A DNA stretch of 64,000 nucleotides from Nitrospirota bacterium (GTDB lineage Bacteria; Nitrospirota; Thermodesulfovibrionia; Thermodesulfovibrionales; UBA9159), in NCBI GenBank assembly GCA_963699545.1, contig CAVOUE010000003.1, positions 192,001-256,000 of the forward strand, given 5' to 3'. Below the pieces are notes generated by a model. The model saw only the letters and a list, made by a program, of their open reading frames with translations, ran no database searches and was not told the origin of the DNA. Numbering within the stretch: position 1 is the first letter of the stretch; every line of letters begins with the position of its first letter. Below, piece after piece: positions 31,980-43,800 of this stretch. The position numbers and the translations under genes were made by a program.

Positions 31980-32846
31980 CTAAATGATATCCCTGCGTTC
32001 GCGCAGTAACAAGTGTGCCTCAAGAGACCGCGCGACAAGAGGAGTTGCTGCGACGGCGGGAATACCCAACTGCTCAAGAACGCGCCCGCACAATTGCATC
32101 GGTTCGGGCGAAGGATCATTGCTGGATGCATCAAGGACGGCGTTGTGGATACGCTGGATATAGCGCAATCCCTCATCCATCCGCTCATAGGCTCGATCCC
32201 CTTTTTGTGGTTCGTCCCAGGAGGCAAGAAGATGACGAATGCCCTGGATGCCCTTCAGTCTCTCTATGGAATTCACCGATGCAAGCACATCTTCATAGAT
32301 CGGCACGTCTCCGGGTACCGGTACCGCGTCCCCGGAAAAGAGTATATTGTAGCCGGGCAGGAAGAGAGAGACAGAGCCTTTGGAATGGCCGGGGGTATGA
32401 AGCACCTGCAATTTCAGACCACAGGCCAGATCAATAATATCGCCGTCCTCAAGGGCCCTGTCTACGGCGGCCGACCCGGACACAAGGGAATGGAACCCCG
32501 GCACAGGCCGTTCCCCGGCCTGGAATTCTACATTCTCGATCCATGCCTTTTCAGCTGAATGCACCGCGACAGAACATCCCGTTTCCATCTTTATGGCCCT
32601 TGTTGCCCCGATATGGTCCGGGTGGGAATGCGTCAGGATGATCCGGGAGATGTCACTTACCTTTCGGTCGATTGTTCTCAGATAATCGAAGATTACCTCT
32701 TCTGCAGATGCGACACCGGTATCGATCAGGCAAACCTCCATGCCGGAGATAATAGAGACATACACAAACCGATCGATACTGGTCCCGAGGGGGGTCGTTA
32801 TGCTGAAAGGAATCCTGAGTGCGTGCACATGTTTGTTGATCTGCAT
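31980..32846 (-). CDS. MBL-fold metallo-hydrolase
   Basis: THSHPDHIG, TPGHSKGS, SGD. Confidence 0.9.
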   Translation of the reverse strand: MQINKHVHALRIPFSITTPLGTSIDRFVYVSIISGMEVCLIDTGVASAEEVIFDYLRTIDRKVSDISRIILTHSHPDHIGATRAIKMETGCSVAVHSAEKAWIENVEFQAGERPVPGFHSLVSGSAAVDRALEDGDIIDLACGLKLQVLHTPGHSKGSVSLFLPGYNILFSGDAVPVPGDVPIYEDVLASVNSIERLKGIQGIRHLLASWDEPQKGDRAYERMDEGLRYIQRIHNAVLDASSNDPSPEPMQLCGRVLEQLGIPAVAATPLVARSLEAHLLLRERRDII

Positions 32847-32977
32847 TGTTACCTGCCAGACATAATTTCTCTCTTGTGCATTATTATAGAACATTGCCAG
32901 GGTATGAATGGTCACCTGAAGAAACCGGATACTCGTCTCATATTCCCTGATTTGTGTTTCCCAGCTTGTAGTGCATA

Positions 32978-33055
32978 AAGCAGGGCGGGGTTCACGATAA
33001 AACCCCTCCCTGCTTACAAACAGAGGGGCTGATCCCGCTTCCAGGGATCAGCCCC
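32978..33055 (-). terminator. Two tandem hairpins after the YeeE/YedE gene
   Basis: GGGGCTGATCCC/GGGATCAGCCCC and AAGCAGGG..CCCTGCTT. Confidence 0.6.
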
Positions 33056-33091
33056 CTCCCTCACTTCCTTGTTATTTCATCCTTCCATCAA

Positions 33092-34192
33092 CTAATCGAT
33101 ATTCATCGGCCTTATGAACTTGAAATAGACCATTACCCAGTTGCCGAGCATTATGGACGTGATCGCCACGATGCTCGAGACCGCCATGGTGGAGAAGCCG
33201 GTGACCCCATGGCCGAGATTGCATCCTCCGGCAATGACCGCACCTATGCCCATCAGAACACTCCCAAAAAAGACGGTGAGGAACTCCTTTGCCTGAGGTA
33301 TCTTCCATTTGAATTCTTTGAGGGCTATCGCGCTCATCAAAGCGCCGATAGGGACCGCAAAGATGAAGAATACGCCCCACGTGCCGGTAAATATTCCGAG
33401 GAAACTGAATTCGGGGAATGGGGAGTGGGAACTCTTGTAAAGAACCGCGTTGAAGAACTCCCTGAGAGGTGTGGTGATCGCAAGGCCCCTCGGCACTCCT
33501 CCGAAATAGGAGGACACCCACCATGCAGCCACGGTCAACAGTCCGATTAAGAGCCCGGTTAATCCCCACGAAAAGGCCTTCGAGTTCTTTCCGAACGAGG
33601 GCTTGCCTTTCAGAACAAAGGCCAATACCCCAACGGAGAATATGCCGATCGTCGCCCACTTCGCTACCGGTCCGCTCCCGAAGATGTCCCACAGCGCAGG
33701 GTTTGTCTTTCCCGCGATCTCAACCTTCAGGCTCTTGAGGTAGGTGTAGATCGGGCTCAGCAGCCCCTCCGTGGTCATCACGACTCCGAAGAAGAAGCCT
33801 ATGATCGCCGTCAACGTGGAGACCTGGCCCTCCCCGATCCTGTAAACAATACCACTTGCGCATCCGCCCGCAAGCACAATCCCCAGCCCGAACAGGAAGC
33901 CTCCGAGGATGTTGGCGGCAGGAACAAAACTCTGGCGCATGAGTTCAACCTGGACATACTTTCCTGTCTCCGCATCCAGGGCCATAAAGAGCCCCAGGTC
34001 CTCAAGGAGGTTGGTCCCCAGGACCGCTACGACCACGCAGAGCAGATAGGCCCTGAAAAATGTGAGGTCCTTGACAAATATAATATCCCTGAACGCAGAG
34101 TTAAGACAGAAGCGCCCCCTCTGGAGCACGAATCCGAGCATCAGACCAAGCGTAATCGCAGAAAGAACCGAAAAAACATTACCCGACAACAT
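33092..34192 (-). CDS. YeeE/YedE sulfur-compound transporter family
   Basis: LQRGRFC, GIVLAGGCASG, GAVIAGGCNLGH. Confidence 0.9.
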   Translation of the reverse strand: MLSGNVFSVLSAITLGLMLGFVLQRGRFCLNSAFRDIIFVKDLTFFRAYLLCVVVAVLGTNLLEDLGLFMALDAETGKYVQVELMRQSFVPAANILGGFLFGLGIVLAGGCASGIVYRIGEGQVSTLTAIIGFFFGVVMTTEGLLSPIYTYLKSLKVEIAGKTNPALWDIFGSGPVAKWATIGIFSVGVLAFVLKGKPSFGKNSKAFSWGLTGLLIGLLTVAAWWVSSYFGGVPRGLAITTPLREFFNAVLYKSSHSPFPEFSFLGIFTGTWGVFFIFAVPIGALMSAIALKEFKWKIPQAKEFLTVFFGSVLMGIGAVIAGGCNLGHGVTGFSTMAVSSIVAITSIMLGNWVMVYFKFIRPMNID

Positions 34193-34697
34193 ATTCTTCC
34201 CTCCCATTCCAGACAGTGCCATGCTCGCCGCACCCATTCCCCTTGGCGATCAGCACCGGCACCTTTGCGTTTTTCTCAACATGTCGGGAAGCGCATCCCG
34301 TGACGAACCTTTGGATGCGGGACTTCCCGCTGCAGCCGACCATGATGAGATCAACCCCTTCTTCCTCTGCAACCTTGAGGATCTCATCTGAGGGATGGCC
34401 TTCCCTTACCATGGTCTTCACGTTCGTAAACCCACTCTTCCCGAGTTCGGTCCTGTAATGACCCAGTATCGTCTCTGTCTTCTGGTCAAGCGCCTCCTTG
34501 TGCTCGGTCCCCTTCAGCGATTCCTTAAGGGTGGACATTTCGGCGTCCCCGAGCATGGCGGTCATCAGAGAATTGCCCTCCAGTTGCTGAACATGAAGCA
34601 GGACTATCTTCTCGGGTGATGACACTAACTCGCGGAATAGGGACAATATCCCTTTCGAACCCTTTGTACCGTCAACGGCTATCAGTACTGTTTTCAC
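34179..34697 (-). CDS. Universal stress protein (paralog 4)
   Basis: LIAVDG, GHPSDEI, DLIMVG, VPVLI. Confidence 0.9.
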   Translation of the reverse strand: MKTVLIAVDGTKGSKGILSLFRELVSSPEKIVLLHVQQLEGNSLMTAMLGDAEMSTLKESLKGTEHKEALDQKTETILGHYRTELGKSGFTNVKTMVREGHPSDEILKVAEEEGVDLIMVGCSGKSRIQRFVTGCASRHVEKNAKVPVLIAKGNGCGEHGTVWNGREEYVVG

Positions 34698-34770
34698 TTT
34701 TTCTCCTCCTTATGTTTTTCTCGTATGACTAAAATTGTCCACATACTGTGGTACATTCATTCCCCTTGCA

Positions 34771-35280
34771 TTAGGCCGTGATCGTGGCTTCCGTCAGACC
34801 GCAGGCCTCTTCTTCTGTCGTGCCCTTCGCCACAAGCACGGGTACCTTTGAGCTTCTTTCCACATCCTTGCTCATGGATCCGGCAACGAGCCTCTGGAGG
34901 CCTTTCGTTCCGTTACAGCCCATAATGATGAGTTCGGCGTTCTCTTCTTCGGCAACCTTAAGAATTTCCTCAGAAGGAATCCCTTCCCTCACCATGGTCC
35001 TTACGCGGAACAACCCGGCACTCTCTATTTCCTTCCTGTAGTAATTGAGGATCTTTTCGGCCTTCCGGTCCAGCTCCTCCTTGTATTCAGTCCCCTTGAG
35101 CGCTTCCCTGAGTTCGGACAGTTCGGCTTCTCCGAGCATGTCGATCATCAAGGTCCTTCCCTCGAGTCTCTCTACATGGAGAAGGATCACCTCTTCAGGT
35201 GGCCTGACCAGATTGTTGAACACCGATAATACCGATTTTGAAGCCTTCGTCTCGTCCACGGCAACCAATACCTTTTTCAT
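34771..35280 (-). CDS. Universal stress protein (paralog 3)
   Basis: LVAVD, GIPSEEI, GSMSKDV..VPVLV. Confidence 0.9.
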   Translation of the reverse strand: MKKVLVAVDETKASKSVLSVFNNLVRPPEEVILLHVERLEGRTLMIDMLGEAELSELREALKGTEYKEELDRKAEKILNYYRKEIESAGLFRVRTMVREGIPSEEILKVAEEENAELIIMGCNGTKGLQRLVAGSMSKDVERSSKVPVLVAKGTTEEEACGLTEATITA

Positions 35281-35300
35281 CTTTTTTTCTCCTTTGTTCT

Positions 35301-35888
35301 TTATTTGTAAGGCAGAAACGCCTTCTCCAAAATGATCCCTAAGACAAACATAAATAAGACTACTGCTGTAGCGAGCGATACTGCATAATACGCATGTTTC
35401 CAGGGAGAAGTTTCTTCCCATAGAGCAGGCTTTTTTGCCAAGAGCACCGGCACCTTCGCCTTTTTTTCCACGTCTCTCGCAACACTGCCGGAGATGAACC
35501 TGTTCAGCCCTCTGCTTTCACTGTAACCGAGAATAATGAGTTCGACATTCTCCTTTTTGGCAATGGTAAGGATTTCCTCCGCAGGAATCCCATCTCTTAT
35601 GATGGTCTTAACACTGGTCATCCCTCCTTCTTCCAACTTCCTCCTGCAGTAGTCGAGGCTCTTCTCAGCTTTTCTGCCCAGTTCCTTCTTATGCTCCGTG
35701 TCCTTCAGATCCTCTCTTAGTGTTGACAGCTCAGCTTCACCAAGCATGTCAATCATTAAAGACCTGCCCTCAAGCCTCTCCACGTGAAGAAGGATTACCT
35801 CTTCAGGTGGTCTGACTAAGTTGTCGAAGACTGATAACGCGTATTTCGAGCCCTTCGTGTCGTCTATTGCAACCAGTATCTTTTCCAT
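35301..35888 (-). CDS. Universal stress protein (paralog 2) with C-terminal TM helix
   Basis: USP motifs plus AVSLATAVVLFMFVLGIIL. Confidence 0.9.
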   Translation of the reverse strand: MEKILVAIDDTKGSKYALSVFDNLVRPPEEVILLHVERLEGRSLMIDMLGEAELSTLREDLKDTEHKKELGRKAEKSLDYCRRKLEEGGMTSVKTIIRDGIPAEEILTIAKKENVELIILGYSESRGLNRFISGSVARDVEKKAKVPVLLAKKPALWEETSPWKHAYYAVSLATAVVLFMFVLGIILEKAFLPYK

Positions 35889-35924
35889 TATCCTCCCTCT
35901 TGCGTTAACGACAACAAGCCCCTG

Positions 35925-36509
35925 TCAATGCAGAAACTTTCCTGACTGGAGAATGATTCCTAAGAGGAATAGTCCCGAAATAACCGCCGTAGTGACTGAA
36001 ATTGCAGCAAACGCATCTCTCCAGGTGTAAGGTTCCTCGCACAGATTCGCCCTTTTTGCTACCAGCACCGGCATTGTTGCATTTTTCGCCACATCCTTGG
36101 CAACGCTTCCCGCAATAAGCCTGCTGAGGCCCTTCCTTCCGCTGTAGCCGAGAATAATGAGTTCGACTCTTTCCTCGTTCGCTACCTTAAGTATCTCCTC
36201 GGCCGGGATCCCATCCCTTATCACGGTCTTTACATGGAACGAACCGTTGCTTTTCAATTCTTTTGCGTAATAGTCCAGGATCGCTTCTGCTTTTTTATCC
36301 AGTAATTCTTTGTGCTCAGTTCCGTTCAATGAATCTCTCAACGTTGCGATTTCCGCTTCACCAAGCATATCGATCATTAATGACCTTCCCTGAAGCCTCT
36401 CCACGTGCATAAGGATAACCACTTCTGAATGCTGCACAGAATTATGAAAGGTCGTGAGTACCGCCTTTGAAGCCTTGGTATCGTCTACTGCTATTAACAC
36501 CTTTCGCAT
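35925..36509 (-). CDS. Universal stress protein (paralog 1) with C-terminal TM helix
   Basis: USP motifs plus AISVTTAVISGLFLLGIIL; AGGAGG RBS. Confidence 0.9.
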   Translation of the reverse strand: MRKVLIAVDDTKASKAVLTTFHNSVQHSEVVILMHVERLQGRSLMIDMLGEAEIATLRDSLNGTEHKELLDKKAEAILDYYAKELKSNGSFHVKTVIRDGIPAEEILKVANEERVELIILGYSGRKGLSRLIAGSVAKDVAKNATMPVLVAKRANLCEEPYTWRDAFAAISVTTAVISGLFLLGIILQSGKFLH

Positions 36510-36553
36510 ATCTTCCTCCTGCATGTTAACTGTTCCAGTTGCCACATCTTCAA

Positions 36554-36569
36554 AGCAAGTCTGATGCCA
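36554..36569 (-). promoter_or_regulatory. sigma54 -24/-12 promoter
   Basis: TGGCAT-CAGAC-TTGCT facing the USP operon. Confidence 0.85.
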
Positions 36570-36722
36570 AATCTTGATATTCTATAAACTTATGATATTT
36601 CAAGATGTTATTGTCTAGAATACGTATTGGATTGACAGCCACCTGTTAATTATGGTAATTAATGTTAGCGAGATTAATGAACGTCTTAACGTTTGTTAAT
36701 TAACACTGTTGACTTCTGCAAT

Positions 36723-38070
36723 ATGTTAGAAACTCTGCTAAAAGACCCGAGATTCTTGATGGATGTCGTTGAGACGATGAGGGACGGCCTCATGGTGGTA
36801 GACTCTCAAGGAAGAATATTGTTTTTCAATAAGGCAGCGGAAGAGATTACCGGCTACTCCAGAGATGAGATCATAGGAAAACCCTGCACCTTGCTCGATT
36901 CCGATACGTGTGTCGTACTCACCGAATCGGGGAGAACAAAAGAGTTGTGACCTTTTCACCATGGGAACCATGTGTAATAAGCGTTGCAGGATACGGTCAC
37001 GGGATGGAAGGGGAGTCTATCTATTGAAGAATGCTGTTGTCCTGAAAAACAGCAGTGATGAGACGATCGGGGCCGTGGAGACAATGACCGACATCACCTC
37101 CCTCTATATGAAAGAACTGGAGCTCGAAGAACTCAAGCAGGAATTGAGAAAAGAATATTGGTTCATGGGCCTCCTGGGGAAGAGCGATTCCATGAGTAAT
37201 CTGTACGAACAGATCCGGAATGCCGCAGGGAGCGAGGCCCCGGTTCTGATCCAGGGAGAAAGCGGCACGGGGAAAAACCTCGTCGCCAAAGCGATCCACG
37301 CGCTCAGCAGGCGCAAGGACGGTCCCTTTATTGGCCTGAACTGTGCTTCGCTCAATGAGCACCTCCTCGAAAGTGAGCTCTTCGGCCACAAAAAGGGATC
37401 CTTTACCGGTGCGATAAGTGACAGGACGGGTCGATTCGAAGCGGCACATAATGGGGCTATCTTTCTGGACGAAATAGGTGATATGCCGCAAAGCATGCAG
37501 GCAAAACTTCTCAGGGTCCTTGAGGATAAGGTAGTTGAACGGGTGGGAGAACACAGGCCGATTCCCGTGAATGTAAGACTCATTTCAGCTACAAATAAGG
37601 ACTTACCCACGCTCGTCTCCCAGCATACGTTCCGGGAGGATCTCCTCTACCGGGTAAATTCCATCTTTATCACCATACCCCCGCTTCACGAACGATCGGA
37701 AGACATCCCGATGCTCGCGTTTCATTACCTGAAGAAGATCGCCGTGGTGAATAACAAAGATATTCGAAGAATCAGCCCCCATGCACTTGAACTTTTGGAA
37801 CATTATAACTGGCCTGGCAATGTGAGACAGCTCATTAACGCCCTTGAGCACAGTGCAATAACCTGTAAGGGTGATACGATCGAAGTCTCGGACCTCCCGG
37901 AGTATATTCTTCACACGAAAAGAACGGAGGGAAACGAACATCACATTGATCGTGAAAAGATACGCTCGGCGCTTTCAACGTATAAGGGTAACAGGACCCT
38001 CGCTGCAAAGCATCTTGGGATCAGCAGGGTGACTTTGTGGAAAAGGCTGAAAGAACTGGGTATTAGCTAA
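36723..38070 (+). CDS. PAS-domain sigma54-dependent transcriptional activator (frameshift near 36945)
   Basis: PAS FNKAAEEITGY; GESGTGK; ESELFGH.KGSFTGA; WPGNVRQL; Fis HTH. Confidence 0.9.
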
Positions 38071-38441
38071 TCGGGCCGGCGCACTTCCCCTCCTGCCAGA
38101 GGTGTCAATTGACGGCGCCATGCGGCTGCCTCCGGGTTAAACAAGGGGTTAGACCGACTGTGGTGACGGTAGAGCCATCTCCATACTAGCCCCAGAGGCA
38201 CTTCCGAGAAGATGGGGAAGGATGCCAAATAGAAGAACTGCTGCGAGAGATAAGATCAGCTGGTTACTTGGCCGCTTCCCTTTTGTGGGCATGCGCCGTT
38301 AGGATTGAAAAGGGGTAAAATGTATTCCGCATATCGTTTTCGTCCACTGTGATCTGATAAATCTTCCACACAGGTTGAGAGATGTATAGATTACAGAGTT
38401 CCATCGACTGACACTATTTAGGGGTTCGTGTGACGCCACTG

Positions 38442-39368
38442 TCAGCGCGGCATCCCAGGGTGAAAAAACAGGTTTGGACCTCCGCGAGCCTTGCCCTCTT
38501 TGTCCATCAGCATATCCAGTGCAAGGGTAGCAAGGTCATCGGCCATCGCTTCCATCTGACGGTCCTTTTCCAAGTACAACAGTTTCAGGTAGGAGTTGCA
38601 GTCGTCGCAACTCTCCGCCTTGACTGCGCCGTTCGCACCTTGCAGAGTGTAGTGATTGATCCCATGGATAGATTCGCAACTGCTGCACTTGATCCGCACC
38701 ATGTGCCATTGAGAGGCGCAGAGGGAGCAGCAGAGGTAACGCAATCCCTGCTCTGCCCCACCGGTGCGTATTATACCGGTACTCGGGAATGACCCGCACA
38801 CCGGACATTTCCCACCCTGACCCTGCCTGCCAAACGAATCTTCTTCCAAGGCTGAAGCCATGCGTACCCAATAGACCTGCAGCGCGGCGGCGACAAACGG
38901 CAACTCCTGAGGAGAAATATCGGTCAGATCCCCCGCCAAAATCCTGTCTGCCATCTCCTCCAACCCGGTTGCACCCGCCTGCATCAAGCTGGCTACGGTC
39001 TCACATGCAGCTGGTGGAAGAGCGGCCTCTCTCATCTGCTGCAGAATCATTTTCAGCCCCCACCGCCATGCCAAGTTTCGGGGCCAGGACTGGAAGCCCA
39101 GCAACGGCATGCCATGCTCGCGACATTGTGCCTGTTTGTCCGGATTAGGCTGAGGCAACGTGGGAAATTGACTCAAGGCCTCCTGCTGCGCATCTGCCAG
39201 CAAAGCGAGAAAGGTCAGGTAATCTCTCAGGGGATGACCATGGGCAAGAAGCCGGAAACGTTCGGCGCGACGTGTAAACAGATCCCGGCCGGGAAGGAAG
39301 AGAAAACGGATCTCTCTGGGTGGGGTTTCCATCTGACCAGGCTCAAGGATGCGGGCCTCTGTGTTCAT
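38442..39368 (-). CDS. fdhE: Formate dehydrogenase accessory protein
   Basis: CPVCG, GLRYLCCSLC..W..R.KC..C, C..C.SYLK, ADDLATL.LD. Confidence 0.95.
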   Translation of the reverse strand: MNTEARILEPGQMETPPREIRFLFLPGRDLFTRRAERFRLLAHGHPLRDYLTFLALLADAQQEALSQFPTLPQPNPDKQAQCREHGMPLLGFQSWPRNLAWRWGLKMILQQMREAALPPAACETVASLMQAGATGLEEMADRILAGDLTDISPQELPFVAAALQVYWVRMASALEEDSFGRQGQGGKCPVCGSFPSTGIIRTGGAEQGLRYLCCSLCASQWHMVRIKCSSCESIHGINHYTLQGANGAVKAESCDDCNSYLKLLYLEKDRQMEAMADDLATLALDMLMDKEGKARGGPNLFFHPGMPR

Positions 39369-39997
39369 TTGCCTCCTCCGGTCATCTCCCGGAACCATGT
39401 CGGATGATGCTGTTTCGCCCAGGCACGCCTGACCCGGCCGTACAGCATGGCGTCGATGCTCTCCTTGGTCCAGATGGCGGCATAGATGTGAAAGATGATC
39501 AGGGCAATCATGATTGTTGCCGCTACAGCATGAACGACAGAAGAGAAGCGGATCACCGCAATCGGGAACAGAAACGAAAAATAGGCACGCCAGATAACGA
39601 TGCCGGACAGGATGAGCAGCGCCATGCAGGCCACCAGCAGCCAGAACAAAAGCTTCTGACCACCGTTGAACTTGCCCGATTCCGGCATGTTCTGGTCATC
39701 GCTCTTCACCATTTCACGGACATGGCTCAACCATTCCCAGTCGGTCGGCGTTATGATATCCAGCTTCCTGAAATTAAAAAACATGACTCCAAACGATAGG
39801 ACCATCACCACTCCGATGAAGGGATGAAGGATGCGTGTCCAGACGCCACCGCCGAACAATTGACTGAGCGGGTAGAAGGCGGGATGAAAGAAAGCGAGCC
39901 CGGAGAGTGCCAGCAGGATGAAGGTGATTGCTGACAGCCAGTGGTTGGCACGATCGAATGGCGAATACCGGAGTAGACTTTTCGGGTCATTTTTCAT
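39365..39997 (-). CDS. fdnI: Formate dehydrogenase cytochrome b556 subunit
   Basis: [21 protein letters not shown], IHxY-type heme His, WAKQHHP.W. Confidence 0.9.
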   Translation of the reverse strand: MKNDPKSLLRYSPFDRANHWLSAITFILLALSGLAFFHPAFYPLSQLFGGGVWTRILHPFIGVVMVLSFGVMFFNFRKLDIITPTDWEWLSHVREMVKSDDQNMPESGKFNGGQKLLFWLLVACMALLILSGIVIWRAYFSFLFPIAVIRFSSVVHAVAATIMIALIIFHIYAAIWTKESIDAMLYGRVRRAWAKQHHPTWFREMTGGGK

Positions 39998-40868
39998 CTT
40001 CAAACTCCTTCTCGATCTCTCTTGAGACCTCGTTGGGACCCTTGGTTACATAGTGGAAAAAGGCCCCGAGGACAACCGTGGCAAGGGCAAAAGAGGCCAC
40101 CGGCTTTGCGGCACCCTTCCAAAGGCCGACCATCGCCCCGATGGAAGGGTCCTTGGGGAGACCGCAATAAACATCAGGTTTATCGGCGTGCTGGAGCACA
40201 TACATCACATGCGTGCCTCCGACCCCTTGAGGATTATAGATCCCTGCCTTGTCAAACCCCCGGCTTTTCAGTTCGACGACCCGTTCCTCCGCGTGGTGGA
40301 GCATGTCATCCTTTGTGCCGAACACGATCGCTCCGGTGGGACAGGTCTTGACGCAGGCCGGTTCAAGGCCCACCGCCACCCGGTCGGAGCAAAGGGTGCA
40401 CTTGTAGACCTTGCTGTCCTTCTTAGACAGGCGCGGGATGTTGAACGGGCAGCCTGTGATGCAGTAGCCGCAGCCGATGCAGTATTCCTCGTGGAAATCC
40501 ACGATGCCGTTGCTGTACTGAACGATGGCTCCCGGCGCGGGGCAAGCCTTGAGGCATCCCGGATCGGCGCAGTGCATGCAGCCGTCCTTGCGGATCAGCC
40601 ACTCCAGGCCCCGCTCGGTTTTCACTTCCGCATAACGCATCACGGTCCAGGAATTCTCCGTGAGGTCCGCCGGATTGTCGTAAACGCCGTGGTTCGTACC
40701 GATGGCGTCGCGCGTGTCGTTCCACTCCATGCACGCGACCTGGCAGGCCTTGCACCCGATGCATTTCGAGATGTCGATCAGCTTCACCACCTCCGGAGTT
40801 TGACGCTGGCTCGGCGAAGGGGTGGTGGTGGCCGAACGACGGATGATGTCAAGCGATTGAAGTGCCAT
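39987..40868 (-). CDS. fdnH: Formate dehydrogenase iron-sulfur subunit
   Basis: [41 protein letters not shown]. Confidence 0.95.
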   Translation of the reverse strand: MALQSLDIIRRSATTTPSPSQRQTPEVVKLIDISKCIGCKACQVACMEWNDTRDAIGTNHGVYDNPADLTENSWTVMRYAEVKTERGLEWLIRKDGCMHCADPGCLKACPAPGAIVQYSNGIVDFHEEYCIGCGYCITGCPFNIPRLSKKDSKVYKCTLCSDRVAVGLEPACVKTCPTGAIVFGTKDDMLHHAEERVVELKSRGFDKAGIYNPQGVGGTHVMYVLQHADKPDVYCGLPKDPSIGAMVGLWKGAAKPVASFALATVVLGAFFHYVTKGPNEVSREIEKEFEDEK

Positions 40869-40878
40869 GATCCACCTC

Positions 40879-43800
40879 CTATGCCTTCTCGATGTTGACG
40901 AGGAAGGACTTGAACTCCGGTGTCTGCACGTTGGCATCGCCCACGTACGGGGTCAGGGTGTTGGCGATGTAGCCGTTCTTGGCGATGCCTTTAAAGCCCC
41001 AGTGGATCGGGATGCCCACGTGATGCACGGTCTTGCCGTTCACCTGAAGCGGTATGATGCGCTTGGTCACCAACGCCTTCGCCTTGATGAAGCCACGTTT
41101 GGACCACACCTTGACCCAATCGCCGGCCTTGATGCCCTTTTCTTTGGCCAGCTCCTCGCCGATCTCCACGAACTGCTCGGGCTGCATGATGGACGACAGG
41201 TTTGTGTGCTTGGTCCAGAAGTGGAAGTGCTCGGTCAGGCGGTACGTGGTAGCCGCATAGGGGAAATCCTTGCTCTTGCCGAAGGCCTCCATGTTCCCCT
41301 TGAACACCCGCGCAGCCGGATTGCTGACCACTTTGGGATGGAGCGGATTGGTGTCGATCGGCGTCTCGAACGGCTCGTAGTGCTCGGGGAACGGCCCTTC
41401 CGCCATCTTGTCCACGGCGAACAGCCGCGCCACGCCTTCGGGATTCATGATGAACGGGTTCATGGGATCGCCGGGTGGCACGTCGGGCTTGAAGTCGGGA
41501 ATGTCCACCCCGGCCCATTTGCTGCCGTCCCAGCCGATGAGCTTGCGCTTCGGGTCCCACGGTTTTCCGGACGGGTCATTAGAAGCGCGGTTGTACAGAA
41601 CGCGCCGGTTGGCGGGCCAGGCGAACGCCCAGTTAAGCGTGTTGCCGAGGCCGGATGGATCGGAATTGTCCCGTCGCGCCATCAGGTTGCCCTTCTCCGT
41701 CCATGAACCGGAATAGATCCAACAGCCGCAGCTGGTGGAGCCGTCGTCCTGGAGCTGGGCAAAGCCATCCAGCTGCTGGCCTTTTTTCGGCATAACCTTT
41801 GTCTTGTCTTTGGGATCGACGAGGTCGGCCAGGGCTTTGCCGCTAAACTCCATTGCCAATTCCTCAGGAGTCGGCGAAAGCGGGATCTTATGGTTCCAGG
41901 TAATGTTCAGGATCGGATCAGGGAACACGCCCCCCTCTTTTTTGTAGAGCTCGCGCAGCTTAAGGAAGATGCCGGCAATGATATCCGCATCGGGCTTGGC
42001 TTCACCAGGCGGATTGGCGCCCTTGTAATGCCATTGCAGCCATCGGCCGCTGTTGGTGAGCGACCCATTCTCCTCGGCGAAACAGGTGGAAGGAAGACGG
42101 AAGACTTCGGTCTGGATCTTTGCGGGGTCCACGTCGTTGAGGTCTCCGTGGTTCTCCCAGAAGCACGAGGTTTCCGTGGCCAGCGGGTCGATCACGACCA
42201 TATATTTGAGCTTGGCCAGGGCACCGCCGATCTTGGCCTTGTTGGGGAAGGCGGCGAGCGGGTTGAAGCCCTGGCAGAAGTAGCCGTTCAGCTTGCCCTG
42301 ATGCATCAGCTCGAATGTCTGGAGCACGTCGTATACCTTGTCCAGCTTGGGCAGCCAGTCGAAGCACCAGTCATTCTTCTTCGTTGCGGCATCGCCGAAC
42401 CAGGCCTTCATCAGGCTGACGTGGAACTTGCCGTAGTTCTGCCAATAGGACATCTGGCCCGGCCGCAGGGGCTTCAAGGCCCGCTTGCTGATGTAGGCCT
42501 GGTAGTCCGTTTCCTTTTCACCGGGCAGAGTCATATACCCGGGCAGGAGGTTCGACAGGAGGCCCAGGTCGGTAAGGCCCTGGATATTGGAGTGGCCACG
42601 CAGGGCATTCATGCCGCCGCCTGACATGCCGATATTGCCGAGCAGAAGCTGCATCATGGCCGCAGTGCGGATCATCTGCGATCCCACCGAGTGCTGGGTC
42701 CAGCCCAGGGCGTACATGATGGTAAGCGTCCTGTCCGGCACGGACGTGGTGGCGATATTCTCGCACACCTTGATGAAGGTATCCTTGGGCGTGCCGCAGA
42801 TATTGCTCACCGCCTCCGGCGTGTACCGGGCATAGTGTTTCATGAGCAACTGGAACACGCATCGGTGATGTTTCAGTGTGGGATCCACCTTGGCAAAGCC
42901 GTCCTGCCCCATCTCGTACATCCAACTTGCCTTGTCGTATGAACGCTTGTCAGGGAGGTATCCGGAGAACAGTCCGTCATCGAAATTGAAATCCTCGCGC
43001 ACGATGAAGCTTGCGTCTGTGTAAGCCTTGACGTATTCGTGCTGGATCTTGTCGTGCGTGAGAAGGTAGTTGACCAACCCGCCCAGAAAAGCGATGTCCG
43101 TGCCTGCTCGGAGCGGGGCATAGAGGTCCGCCACCGCTGCCGAACGGGTGAAGCGTGGGTCCACCACAATGAACGTGGCCTTATTGTGGGCCTTGGCCTC
43201 GGTCACCCATTTAAATCCGCAGGGGTGGGCCTCGGCGGCGTTTCCGCCCATGACGAGAATGACGTTCGCGTTCTTGATGTCAACCCAGTGGTTGGTCATC
43301 GCGCCGCGGCCGAACGTGGGGGCCAGACTGGCCACCGTGGGTCCGTGTCAGACCCGCGCCTGATTGTCGAATGCGAGGATGCCGGTGCTGCGTACCGCCT
43401 TGTGGGTGATGTAGCCGGTTTCGTTGCTGGAAGCCGAGGCCGCAAGGAATCCAGTGGTCAGCCAGCGGTTGACCGAGGCGCCCTCCGCGTTCTTTTCGAT
43501 GAAGTTCTTGTCCCGGTCGTCCTTCATCAGGCGGGCAATCTTGCTGAAGACCTCGTCCCAGGAAATGCGCTTCCATTCATTCGTTCCGGGGGCGCGGTAC
43601 TCCGGATACTTGAGCCGGTTCGGGCTGTGAATGAAGTCCACCAGGGAGGCGCCTTTGGGGCAGAGTGTGCCGCGGTTCACCGGATGGTCCGGGTCGCCCT
43701 CGATGTGGAAGATGGACGATTCGGCGTTTTTCGCCTTGTCCCCCAGGCTGTGCATGATCACACCACAGCTCACCGAGCAGTAAGGGCAGGTGTTGCGGGT

